NCBI GenBank assembly: GCA_045627705.1
Contig: JAZQOE010000154.1
Coordinates: forward strand, 1-53,445
From: Kiritimatiellia bacterium
Lineage (GTDB): Bacteria > Verrucomicrobiota > Kiritimatiellia > RFP12 > JBMNHG01
Length of the DNA: 53,445 bases
Direction of reading: 5' to 3'
In this document: positions 26,774-36,218 of the stretch, piece after piece
Position numbering within the stretch: the first letter of the stretch is position 1
Layout: each line of letters starts with the position of its first letter
Made by a program: the position numbers and the translations under genes
Notes under the pieces: model-generated
The model's database searches: none
Told to the model about the DNA's origin: nothing
What the model saw: the letters and a program-made list of their open reading frames with translations, nothing else

Positions 26774-29119
26774 ATGGGAACCGTGTATGAACCACAGCCG
26801 ATGGAACTTCTTGGCGGGGCGCCTGGTCGCGCCCATGCGATCGGCGTTTGCGGCGTTGGAGTGGCGGGTGTCGCCGCATGGCTCGCGCGCAAGGGCTGGA
26901 AGGTTTCCGGCTGCGATTCACTGGCTGGCGGGAAGACGGCGGAATGGCTTCGGGCGCAGGGTGTCGATGTCGTCGCCGGACACGATCCTTCGCACATTGA
27001 TTCCGATTGCGACATCCTCATCCACACTGCCGCCGTTGCGGCGTCGCATCCCGAAATGCGGCGCGCCGCGGAATTGGGCGTTCCCGTGTTGCGTCGCGGA
27101 CTCGCGCTTGCCGCGCTTCTTGGCGGGTGTCGCGCCGTCGCCGTTTGCGGCACGCACGGCAAGACTACAACCACGACATTCGCGACACGGTTGCTCCGCG
27201 CGCTTGGAGATGATGCAGGATGGTGTCTCGGCGGCACGGCGGAAGGGCTCGATGGATATTCGGGCGGAGGGATGACAGTCGATTCGATCGTAGTCGCCGA
27301 GTCCGACGAGAGCGACGGAACCCTCGCTGCGTACGCGCCGTATATCATGGTCGTCAACAACATCGAATTCGACCACATGGAACACTTCGAAGGCGAGGCC
27401 GCCTTGGTCGAGTGCTTCGTTTCCGCGGCGCGAAAAACGCGGCGCGCCGTTATTTTCGGTGCGGATTCGCGGCGCGCCGTCCAAGTCGCGCAATCAGCAT
27501 CGGTACAGGCGATCGGCTTCGGCTTTTGCGAAAGCGCGGAAATGCGCGCGACCAATCTGCGCATGGATGCGAATGGAACGACATTCGAGATGTCGTGGCG
27601 CGGCGCACCGCTTGGCGATGTCCGCATCGATTCGCCTGGACGCCACAATGTGCTCAATGCGCTTGGAGCGGCGACAGTGGCTGTCTCCCTTGGACACGAT
27701 CCAGCAGAGGTGGCAGGCGGGATGCGTTCGCTTGGCGCGCTTCCAGAACGCCGCTTCGAATGCCTCGCAAACACAAATGGCATTCGCGTTGTTTCGGATT
27801 ACTCGCACCATCCCACGGAAATCAAGGCGCTCGTCGAAGTGGCGCGCCTGCAAAATGCGAAGCGCATCGTCGCGCTTTTCCAGCCTCACCGCTACACGCG
27901 CACGCTCGCGCTTGGCGCAGATTTCCCGCCATCCTTTTCAGGCATCGACAAGCTTGTGATCTCGCCTGTCTTCGAGGCTTCCGAAGCGCCGATAGACGGC
28001 GGGCATTCAAGCGATTTGTATGCGCGGTTCCGTAATGCAACCGGGGCAGGGGAGTCGATTCCCGTGCCGATGATTGCGCCGTCGCTTGACGCCGCCCGCG
28101 ACTATCTGCTGCACGAGTTGCGCGATGGGGATTTGTTTCTCGCGATTGGCGCGGGAGACATTGTTCGCACCGCTCGTGAGATTGCGCAAGCGGTGCAAAG
28201 TGGGGAATTTGGCTGCCAGGCGGTGTCTGATGAGTTCGCGGACATAAGACTTTCGCGTGATTACCCGCTTGGCCGCCACACTGGCTATGGGGTGGGGGGA
28301 TGTGCCGACTGGTTCGCGGCGCCTGCGAACGAAACAGAACTTGGATCGCTTGTCGCGCGGCTCTCGCAGCGCGGGATCCAATGGCGCGTCGCTGGCGCGG
28401 GAATGAACACTCTCGTGAGCGACCTCGGCGTTTCGGGTGTTGTGATCAGTCTCGATGCGCCAGACTTCACATTCTTCGAGCGCACTGGCGATGAGACTGT
28501 GCGGTGTGGCGCGGGGCTTTCCGGCGCGGCGTTGCTCGACAGGCTCGAACGCGAAGGGCTGTCCGGGCTTGAATTTCTGGAGGGCGTACCAGGCAGACTG
28601 GGTGGATTCCTCGCCATGAACGCTGGCGCCCACGGCGATGAAATCTGCAGTCATGTCGAGTCCATTCACCATTTGAATGGCGACGGCTCACGCGCTATAA
28701 TTCCCCGCGATGACTTGGCGTATGGGTACCGCGAATGCGAGAGTCTTGTCGGGCGCATTGCGCTTGGGGCGGAATTCCGCCTGAAGCGTGACACGTCCGA
28801 AGCAATCCGCGAGCGGCGCGCCGCTTTCCGCGCAAAGCGAATCAACCTTGCGGGGATGCGAACCGATGGGTCGGTTTTCAAGAATCCACCGGGCGCATCT
28901 GCCGGGAAGTTGATCGAAGAGGCGGGATGCAAGGGGCTGCGTGTCGGCGGGGCTTTCGTGGCGGACATCCATGCGAACGTGATCGCCGTGGACGCATGGG
29001 CTACGGCTTCGGATGTGCTGTCGCTGATCGATATCGTGCGCAGGCGTGTCGCGAAGGCATCGGGAATCCGGCTTGTGCCGGAGGTAAGGATTTTGGACAG
29101 GGCCGCATGGCCGTTTTGA
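26774..29119 (+). CDS. murC: Fused UDP-N-acetylmuramate--L-alanine ligase / UDP-N-acetylenolpyruvoylglucosamine reductase (MurC-MurB)
   Basis: N: AIGVCGVGVAG, GTHGKTTTT, ESDESDG, NIEFDH, DYSHHPTEI, FQPHRYTRT. C: HTGYGVGG, GLEFLEGVPG…MNAGAHG, GSVFKNPPG, HANVI. Start codon approximate. Confidence 0.92.
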   Translation: MGTVYEPQPMELLGGAPGRAHAIGVCGVGVAGVAAWLARKGWKVSGCDSLAGGKTAEWLRAQGVDVVAGHDPSHIDSDCDILIHTAAVAASHPEMRRAAELGVPVLRRGLALAALLGGCRAVAVCGTHGKTTTTTFATRLLRALGDDAGWCLGGTAEGLDGYSGGGMTVDSIVVAESDESDGTLAAYAPYIMVVNNIEFDHMEHFEGEAALVECFVSAARKTRRAVIFGADSRRAVQVAQSASVQAIGFGFCESAEMRATNLRMDANGTTFEMSWRGAPLGDVRIDSPGRHNVLNALGAATVAVSLGHDPAEVAGGMRSLGALPERRFECLANTNGIRVVSDYSHHPTEIKALVEVARLQNAKRIVALFQPHRYTRTLALGADFPPSFSGIDKLVISPVFEASEAPIDGGHSSDLYARFRNATGAGESIPVPMIAPSLDAARDYLLHELRDGDLFLAIGAGDIVRTAREIAQAVQSGEFGCQAVSDEFADIRLSRDYPLGRHTGYGVGGCADWFAAPANETELGSLVARLSQRGIQWRVAGAGMNTLVSDLGVSGVVISLDAPDFTFFERTGDETVRCGAGLSGAALLDRLEREGLSGLEFLEGVPGRLGGFLAMNAGAHGDEICSHVESIHHLNGDGSRAIIPRDDLAYGYRECESLVGRIALGAEFRLKRDTSEAIRERRAAFRAKRINLAGMRTDGSVFKNPPGASAGKLIEEAGCKGLRVGGAFVADIHANVIAVDAWATASDVLSLIDIVRRRVAKASGIRLVPEVRILDRAAWPF

Positions 29120-29134
29120 CGTGAGTTGTAGATC

Positions 29135-30049
29135 ATGGCGCGTTTCAAGAAAGTTGCCGTCCTGATGGGCGGCGTATCGACGGAGAGGGACATCTCGTTC
29201 CTCTCCGGCGAATCGGTTTTGAAGGGTTTGCTCGAAGCCGGCTACGACGCTGTTCCGCATGTGCTGGATTCCGAATCGATCGGCGAACTGCCGCATGGCG
29301 TCGAGGCCGTGTTCCTCGCGTTGCACGGCGGCTATGGCGAAGGTGGTGGGGCGCAGGCCGATCTTGACAGGATGGGAGTCCCATACACGGGATCCGGCGC
29401 GGCCGCCAGCCGCATCGCGATGGACAAGATACAGACGAAGCGTCTCTTCGACAGCCATGGCATCCGCAATGCGGAGTGGACGGTCGTGAAGCGCGGCGAC
29501 GACCGCATGCCCTTTGCGGCGCCCTTGGTGGCGAAGACTCCCGATGGCGGTTCGAGCGTGGGCGTGACGATCGTCCACGAAGAGAAAGACTGGGCTCCGG
29601 CGCTTGCCGAGGCGCGCAAGTATGGCGATGACGTGCTGGTAGAAAAGTTCATCGCGGGGCGCGAATGGACCGTGGGCATCCTCAACGGCGAAAGTCTCCC
29701 GGTCATCGAGATCCAGACCCCCGACTGGTATGACTTTAACTCCAAGTACAAGGCGCATGGCACGACACACTACGTCTTCCCCGAGGACCCTGCCGACGCC
29801 GATCTGCTTGCGCGTTGTTCCGCCGCCGCGCGCGATGCCTTCAAGGCGTTTGGAGCGCGTGGCCTTGGGCGCATCGACTTCCGCATTTCCCCCGATGGCG
29901 AATGCTTCGCACTCGAGTTGAATTCGCTTCCCGGCTTCACTTCCACAAGCCTTCTTCCGAAGGCGGCGGCGAAGGCGGGCATCCCGTTCCCAGAACTTTG
30001 CTCGCGGGTCATGGAGGCGGCGGCATTCGATCCTGTCGCCAAGGAATAA
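29135..30049 (+). CDS. ddl: D-alanine--D-alanine ligase
   Basis: VAVLMGGVSTERDISFLSG, LALHGGYGEGG, PYTGSG…AMDK, GSSVG, YDFNSKY, GRIDF, ELNSLPGFT. Confidence 0.96.
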   Translation: MARFKKVAVLMGGVSTERDISFLSGESVLKGLLEAGYDAVPHVLDSESIGELPHGVEAVFLALHGGYGEGGGAQADLDRMGVPYTGSGAAASRIAMDKIQTKRLFDSHGIRNAEWTVVKRGDDRMPFAAPLVAKTPDGGSSVGVTIVHEEKDWAPALAEARKYGDDVLVEKFIAGREWTVGILNGESLPVIEIQTPDWYDFNSKYKAHGTTHYVFPEDPADADLLARCSAAARDAFKAFGARGLGRIDFRISPDGECFALELNSLPGFTSTSLLPKAAAKAGIPFPELCSRVMEAAAFDPVAKE

Positions 30050-30054
30050 TCGAA

Positions 30055-30909
30055 GTGGGCTGGTTCAATCCATTCAGGCGCAAGAAGCGCGAAAACAGGA
30101 ACACGCTAAATGCTTCGGCCACTTTGACGCGGCCGCAGCAACTTGACGTGCCCATGCGTGTTTCGCGTCCGTGGGTGTGGAACCTCCTTTGCCTCATGCT
30201 GGTTCTCGCCGCGATCGCCGGAGCGATTTACGGGATACGCACATATCTGGCAAATTCACCACGCTATCGCCTGAGGCAGGTGGTGATCAATGCGCAGACG
30301 CTCGACGAGGACCTTCTCCGCGCCTATCTCCACATCGAGACCGGCACGCCTATTTTCGACATCGACCTCGCAGTTGTCAGGAAGAGATACCTTGAAATGT
30401 CAACGATCTCGTCGGTCCGTGTGACCCGCAAGCTGCCCGATACGCTCGTGATCATGATCGACGAGCGCGATCCCGTGGCCAGGCTCGGCCGCACCAATCT
30501 TGTGATCGACGACTCCGGAACCGTGTTCGTGCTTCCAGGCGGCACCCGCAGCCTTCCAATCATCACGGGATACCAGCATCTGCGCGGCAATCCACTCGCC
30601 CCAGGCGACAAGGCCACGGGCCTGCTTGTCTCGGCGATCGAACTCGTCCGCTACGCAGGCGACGACGAAGGGCACCTTCCGATGACGGACATCGACCTTT
30701 CCAACAGCGACTATCTCCTTTGCACGCTCTACGACCAGCGCCAGGCCCGTATCTCCTGGGACAACATGACCTCGAGATCGGAACAGTCCCGCGAATCCCT
30801 CAAGATGCGCGTGTGCAGGCTTCTCGCCGCCATGAACGATTCCCGTGCCGAAGGGCATTCGCTTTTCGACGCCTCTCTTGACTCTGACACCATACGCGCG
30901 ATTTATTGA
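30055..30909 (+). CDS. ftsQ: Cell division protein FtsQ/DivIB
   Basis: Single TM segment, POTRA-like region, VTRKLPDTLVIMIDERDPVA; lies between ddl and ftsA. GTG start approximate. Confidence 0.85.
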   Translation: MGWFNPFRRKKRENRNTLNASATLTRPQQLDVPMRVSRPWVWNLLCLMLVLAAIAGAIYGIRTYLANSPRYRLRQVVINAQTLDEDLLRAYLHIETGTPIFDIDLAVVRKRYLEMSTISSVRVTRKLPDTLVIMIDERDPVARLGRTNLVIDDSGTVFVLPGGTRSLPIITGYQHLRGNPLAPGDKATGLLVSAIELVRYAGDDEGHLPMTDIDLSNSDYLLCTLYDQRQARISWDNMTSRSEQSRESLKMRVCRLLAAMNDSRAEGHSLFDASLDSDTIRAIY

Positions 30910-30935
30910 TTGTTTCACAAGGAGCTTTTTCACGA

Positions 30936-32138
30936 ATGGCATACCACCCGATAGTAGCTGTGGAGATTGGCACGAGCCGCACGGTCGTGATGGTTGGCGT
31001 GTCGATCGGCCGCGGCGAGATACGCATTGAGGAGACAAGCACCGAGGTGACCAATGGCATGTGCAAGGGCGGCATAGTGTCGCTGCCAGACGTCCAAAAG
31101 TCGCTTCAGAACGCCATCGGAAAACTTCAGGGCAAGATCGCCATCAAGATTTCGAGCATAGTCCTTGGCGTTTCCGATCCTTCGATTACTTCGATGGTCA
31201 ATGACAGCGTCAAGCACTTCCCGGAAGGGGACCATCTCGTGATCGGCGACGACCTCGAGGAGGTGAACAACATGGCTTCGGCCGTTGCCCTCCCGGCGGG
31301 CTATGACCTGATGCATTCGTTTCCGCTTTGCTACTCGCTCAATGGAAGGCAGGGGATAGTAAACCCCATCAACATGCATGGGGCGAGCCTCGGCCTGAAA
31401 ACGCTTTCGCTTGCGATAGCGCATGACCGAGTCGATAACATCATGCGCGTCCCGATCAGCTGCGGACTCGAGGCCGAAGGCGCGTTCACGGGCCTTGCCG
31501 CCGCGCATGCCGTTCTCACGGAAGACCAGAAGCAGCGCGGCGTAGCCGTGATCGACCTCGGCGGCGGAACGACAAAATACGTCTCCTGCGAAGGCGGCAT
31601 CATAACGACTGCCGGCGTGCTCGGCATCGGTGGCGACCACGTTACCAACGACCTCGCGATAGCCTTCAAGTGCACGACCCCGGAGGCGGAGGCGATGAAA
31701 CTCAAGAAGGGTTCGGCGACAATCGATCCAGCCGTCGCCTCCGAACGATACTCGCTGCCGAAGGACATCGTCTCCGGCGGACGATTCGCAAGCGTCCGCG
31801 CGATCCACACGGTGATCAACGCCCGCATGGACGAGATATTCCGCCTGATCCGCGCCGAGATGAACGACAGCGGCGCACTCGGCCGAATCGGCGCCGGAGT
31901 GGTCCTGACTGGCGGAGGCGCGCAGATGCCGAACGTCTGCGCGCTCGCCAGCGACATCTTCGGATGTCCAGCGACAATCGGCGCGCCTGTCAACGTGCGC
32001 GGCCTGGAAGGCGTCGCAAATCCGGCATCACTCGCTTCCGCCGCAGGGCTCGTCATCCAGGGCGCAGGATATGGACTCGACGAATCCGAGACTTCAAACG
32101 CCGTCAGCAAATTCCTCAAGGGGATTTTCGGACAATGA
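30936..32138 (+). CDS. ftsA: Cell division protein FtsA
   Basis: VAVEIGTS, AVLTEDQKQRGVAVIDLGGGTT, GGDHVTNDLA, GVVLTGGGAQM. Confidence 0.93.
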   Translation: MAYHPIVAVEIGTSRTVVMVGVSIGRGEIRIEETSTEVTNGMCKGGIVSLPDVQKSLQNAIGKLQGKIAIKISSIVLGVSDPSITSMVNDSVKHFPEGDHLVIGDDLEEVNNMASAVALPAGYDLMHSFPLCYSLNGRQGIVNPINMHGASLGLKTLSLAIAHDRVDNIMRVPISCGLEAEGAFTGLAAAHAVLTEDQKQRGVAVIDLGGGTTKYVSCEGGIITTAGVLGIGGDHVTNDLAIAFKCTTPEAEAMKLKKGSATIDPAVASERYSLPKDIVSGGRFASVRAIHTVINARMDEIFRLIRAEMNDSGALGRIGAGVVLTGGGAQMPNVCALASDIFGCPATIGAPVNVRGLEGVANPASLASAAGLVIQGAGYGLDESETSNAVSKFLKGIFGQ

Positions 32139-33292
32139 ACAACGAAGACAACAGCTTTGTCCTTGTGGGCGTCGGCGGCGCCGGATGCCGTATCGCCGCC
32201 GCCGCGGTCGATTCGTTTGGCCCTGGCTTGAAAGCGCTGGGCTTTGACTCGGATGCGCTTGAATCCCGGCAAATCGAATCCTTCCGTTGCTCCGTGCTTG
32301 GCGCTTCGCGCCTCGATGGGCGCGGCACTGGCGGCGACCGCGTGAATGGCAAACTTGCGGCGCAGGACGACGCACAGCGTATCCGAGAGGCCTTGACCGG
32401 CGCCCGCACGGTTGTAGTAGTCTGTGGCCTCGGCGGAGGTTTCGGCGGCGGAGCCACTCCGGAAATCATCCATTTGGCTCGCGAAGCCGGAATGACGACC
32501 CTCTGTTTCGCGACGCTTCCGTTTTCTTTCGAGGGCGCCAAGCGCCGTAGCGAGGCCGATCGCGCCGTCGCACTGCTCGAGGAAAATTCCGATGCCCTCG
32601 CGGTAATCCCGCTTGACGACCTTTTCGCCGATGCCAACCCCGATGGCGACCTTGCCCTGCTGGAGGCCACGGCTCGCGCCACGACTCTTCTGGCCGATGC
32701 GATTTCCGTTTTCTGGCGCCTTCTCCTGACGCCCGGTTTCGTCCGCTTCAACCCGGACGACCTGAATGCGCTCCTGCGTTCCGGCGGCGGCCGTTTCCGC
32801 TTCGCGGTTTCTGAATCATCCGATCCCGCCAATCGCGCTTCCGCGGCGGTAAAGGCGATTGTCGGATCGAAACTCATGCGCGGCGGCGCATCTCTTTCCG
32901 ACTCCAACACCATCGTGCTTGGCGTGCTTGGTGGCGAAGACCTCCGCCTCAACGAGCTGTCGATCGCCTCTTCCGGAATCACCTCCGCATGCCGCCAGGG
33001 TTGCGCCCTCCATCTGGGCACCGTCCTCGACAGGCGTTTCGATGGCTCGATCCGCCTTGTCGCACTGGCCTTCGAAAACTGGCGCGCGTCGGCTGGCGAT
33101 GCACCGGAAGAGCTCGTCGTGCCCGAACAGCAAACACCCCGCAAATCACGCAGTCGCTCAAATCCGCGTTCGAAACTCGGCTTCGGCACGCTGGGCCTCG
33201 GCCGCTTCCGCCAGACTGCGCCAACGATGCATGGCAACGACAACCTGGACGAACCGACATACCTTCGCCGCGGAATAACACTCCCTCGATAA
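32135..33292 (+). CDS. ftsZ: Divergent cell division protein FtsZ
   Basis: VGVGGAG, GRGTGGD, GLGGGFGGGATP, LPFSFEG..R, C-terminal core LDEPTYLRRG. ATGA overlap with ftsA. Confidence 0.85.
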   Translation: MNNEDNSFVLVGVGGAGCRIAAAAVDSFGPGLKALGFDSDALESRQIESFRCSVLGASRLDGRGTGGDRVNGKLAAQDDAQRIREALTGARTVVVVCGLGGGFGGGATPEIIHLAREAGMTTLCFATLPFSFEGAKRRSEADRAVALLEENSDALAVIPLDDLFADANPDGDLALLEATARATTLLADAISVFWRLLLTPGFVRFNPDDLNALLRSGGGRFRFAVSESSDPANRASAAVKAIVGSKLMRGGASLSDSNTIVLGVLGGEDLRLNELSIASSGITSACRQGCALHLGTVLDRRFDGSIRLVALAFENWRASAGDAPEELVVPEQQTPRKSRSRSNPRSKLGFGTLGLGRFRQTAPTMHGNDNLDEPTYLRRGITLPR

Positions 33293-33317
33293 CCATCTGG
33301 ATCACGGATCAACCACC

Positions 33318-33890
33318 ATGAACGAACAGGACATTCTCAAGATTCTCGCAGATTCGGAAGCGCTTCTGACCGGTCACTTCGAGCTTCGCTCCGGCCTGCA
33401 CTCCGACCGCTACTTCCAGTGCGCGAACCTGCTTCGCTTCCCGCGTCTTGCCGAGCGCCTTTGCGTCGAACTAGCGGCGCGCCTTCGCGCAGCGGTTCCA
33501 GGCATCGACTTCGATGGCGTGATTTCCCCCGCGCTTGGCGGCATTCTCGTCGGACACGAAATGGGGCGCGCCTTCGACAAGAAGCACATCTTCGCGGAAA
33601 AGGCGGATGGCAAGCTTGTGCTGCGCCGCTTCGCGATCCGTCCAGGCGAGCGTTATCTTGTCGCCGAAGACGTGGTGACACGCGGCGGCCGCGTGCAGGA
33701 GACGATCGATATCGTCAAGGCTGCCGGCGGCATTCCCGCCGCGGTCACGGTGCTTGTGGACCGCAGCGGCGGCACCGCCTCTTTCGAGTGTCCGTTCGTC
33801 AGCCTGCTCCAGATGACGCCCACGACATGGGATCCCGCCGACTGCCCGCTTTGCAAGCAGGGTAGCAAGAGCGTCCATCCCGGTTCCTGA
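33318..33890 (+). CDS. pyrE: Orotate phosphoribosyltransferase
   Basis: LLTGHFELRSGLHSDRYFQC, SPALGG, PRPP motif LVAEDVVTRGG, VDRS. Confidence 0.95.
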   Translation: MNEQDILKILADSEALLTGHFELRSGLHSDRYFQCANLLRFPRLAERLCVELAARLRAAVPGIDFDGVISPALGGILVGHEMGRAFDKKHIFAEKADGKLVLRRFAIRPGERYLVAEDVVTRGGRVQETIDIVKAAGGIPAAVTVLVDRSGGTASFECPFVSLLQMTPTTWDPADCPLCKQGSKSVHPGS

Positions 33891-33899
33891 GGAACATCC

Positions 33900-36191
33900 A
33901 TGAACAAATACGCGGTGCTTGAGTCCGAGTTCACTGAGACATATCGTGGACTCGAACGCGATTTGATGGAAGGCAAACCACGCTCAAGGCGTTGGCTTGA
34001 CTTCGCGTCTAGATTCGGAAAAATCGCGAAGCGAAACAGGCGTCTTCCAGCCGCATCGCTCAAGGCGCGACTTTATCCAATGCTGGCCGACGAGTGCGAT
34101 CCAGTGATCTGGACTCGCACGCCATTTCTCTTCGAGACTTGCCTGCGTCACCCTTGGAACTGGGGCTGCCCGGATTTCAACGCACCTGGTTCCCAGGCCT
34201 ATCGCGACCGCATAGACGTTTGCAATGATTCCGCCGCGCGCGACCGCATAAAGCTCTTCAGCCTCTGGCAGCCAAGGAACAACGCCTTCACCGGACTTTG
34301 GAATCTCTATGGCGATTGTTTCGATGTTGACCACCATTGCATCGGCTACTCCACGCTCTTCCGCGAAGGTTTCAATGGCATCCGTTCCAGAATCCTCGCC
34401 CGTCCTCGCCAGAATGCCGAAACGCGCGCCATGGTTGCGGGCATTGACGCCGTTCTCCGCATCGCCTCGCGCTTTGCCACCGCCGCCCGCAAGCGTCTTG
34501 AGTCCGATACTTCGCTTGATTCCGAACAGCGCCACTTCCTGTCGCTTTCCGCATCCATCTACGAACGCATTCCAGCGCTTCCGCCCCAGACCTTCGCGGA
34601 AGGCCTCGCGATGATTCTCTTCACACGGGAAGTCATAGCCTCGATAGAGAACATCGGCATCTCAGTGCTTGGGCGTCCGGACCTTTTGCTCACGCCTCTT
34701 TACGAGGCCGATCTCGCCGCTGGCCGCATCACGGAGGATGGGGCAGGGGATCTTGTCGCCCGCTGGATGCTCGTGCACGACATCAAGATGGATTCCCGTT
34801 CCCGTTCTTGGCCGGAAACAAGCACCACGATGGTTCTCGGCGGCGCCGATCCGGCAACTGGCAAATTCGTCGATACCGCTGTCACCCGCCTTTTCATACA
34901 AACCCATGTGAGTCTCGGCATAATGAGTCCGAAACTCAATTGCCGCACCTCCGCGGCCGCGCCACAGGGCTACTTTGACTTTGTGTCGAAGTTTGTGACA
35001 GGGGCCGCGAACAATTTTGCGTTCTCGAACGACGACATCCTCATCCCCGCGTTGCAGCGCCATGGCAAGTCGCTTTCCGACGCCCGTAATTTCGTGAACG
35101 GCGGATGCCAGGAACCAATCTGCGAAGGCGTCGAACATTCCGCTGGGGCAGGGTACTATTTCAACATCGCCCGAACCTTCGAGTTTTTCTTTGCGGGGTC
35201 GCCAAAGGCGGATACGCCCGAACTTGCCGCAGCCGTAAAGACACTGGGGTTGGACAAGCCGCTTCCGAAACGCGCCCCAGCAGATTTCGACGCATTCTAC
35301 GCCGCGTTCATGAAAACCCTGTCGCGAGTGATTCGCACCGGCGCCTCATGGTGGCGCGCGGGCGGCTTGCACTTTGAGCGCCGCCACCCATCGCCTGTGT
35401 TCTCCGCGACAATCTCCGACTGCATCGAGAAGGGACGCGACTACACGGCTGGCGGCGCGCGATACAATCCCACGGGATGCGCACTCGTCGGACTTGCGGA
35501 TGTCGTCAACGGACTCGCCGCGGTTCGCATCGCGATCTATCGCGACAAATTTACGACCTTCGGGGAACTTCGCTCGGCAGTGCGCGCGAACTGGCATGGA
35601 TACGAAGCGCTTCGCAACCGCATCCTCGCTCTTCCTCGCTTTGGCGGCAACGACAAGGAAGTCGCGGAACTCGCCGCGCGTTTCGCCCGAGATGTAACCG
35701 CTGTTGTCGCCGCGTGCCGCAACGAAAGAGGCGAACACTTCCAACCGAGTTTCTTCGTCTATTACTTCTACCGTCACTTCGGCGACCAAACCGGCGCAAC
35801 GCCTGATGGCCGCCACGCCGGCGATCCGCTTTCGCAGGGCATCGCTCCGAATCGCGTGAATGCGCCGAGGAGCGTGACGGATACAGTCGATTTCCTTCGC
35901 GCCATCGACTTCTCCTGTTCGCCTGGAAACGCCGTGCTCGACTTCCAGCTGCCGGCATCGAAGGCGTTGACGCCCCCAGTGGTTTCGGCGCTACTGCGCA
36001 CTTCCTGCTCGGCGGGGATTCCGTGCATGCAGCCGGACATCGTCGATGTCGCGGAAATGAAGGATGCGCAGGAGAATCCCGCCGCCCATCGGGATTTGAT
36101 CGTGCGAATATCCGGGCTTTCCGCAGTATTCGTTTCCCTGGACAAGTGGATCCAGGACGAGATGATTACCCGCCACCAATTCGCGGTTTAA
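33900..36191 (+). CDS. Glycyl radical enzyme (pyruvate formate-lyase family)
   Basis: Cys loop NGGCQEP, PRFGGND, TGATPDGRHAGDPLSQG, Gly loop DLIVRISGLSAVF…QDEMITR. Confidence 0.88.
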   Translation: MNKYAVLESEFTETYRGLERDLMEGKPRSRRWLDFASRFGKIAKRNRRLPAASLKARLYPMLADECDPVIWTRTPFLFETCLRHPWNWGCPDFNAPGSQAYRDRIDVCNDSAARDRIKLFSLWQPRNNAFTGLWNLYGDCFDVDHHCIGYSTLFREGFNGIRSRILARPRQNAETRAMVAGIDAVLRIASRFATAARKRLESDTSLDSEQRHFLSLSASIYERIPALPPQTFAEGLAMILFTREVIASIENIGISVLGRPDLLLTPLYEADLAAGRITEDGAGDLVARWMLVHDIKMDSRSRSWPETSTTMVLGGADPATGKFVDTAVTRLFIQTHVSLGIMSPKLNCRTSAAAPQGYFDFVSKFVTGAANNFAFSNDDILIPALQRHGKSLSDARNFVNGGCQEPICEGVEHSAGAGYYFNIARTFEFFFAGSPKADTPELAAAVKTLGLDKPLPKRAPADFDAFYAAFMKTLSRVIRTGASWWRAGGLHFERRHPSPVFSATISDCIEKGRDYTAGGARYNPTGCALVGLADVVNGLAAVRIAIYRDKFTTFGELRSAVRANWHGYEALRNRILALPRFGGNDKEVAELAARFARDVTAVVAACRNERGEHFQPSFFVYYFYRHFGDQTGATPDGRHAGDPLSQGIAPNRVNAPRSVTDTVDFLRAIDFSCSPGNAVLDFQLPASKALTPPVVSALLRTSCSAGIPCMQPDIVDVAEMKDAQENPAAHRDLIVRISGLSAVFVSLDKWIQDEMITRHQFAV

Positions 36192-36218
36192 TCCCGCCTG
36201 TTTCGTGCATTGATTCCC

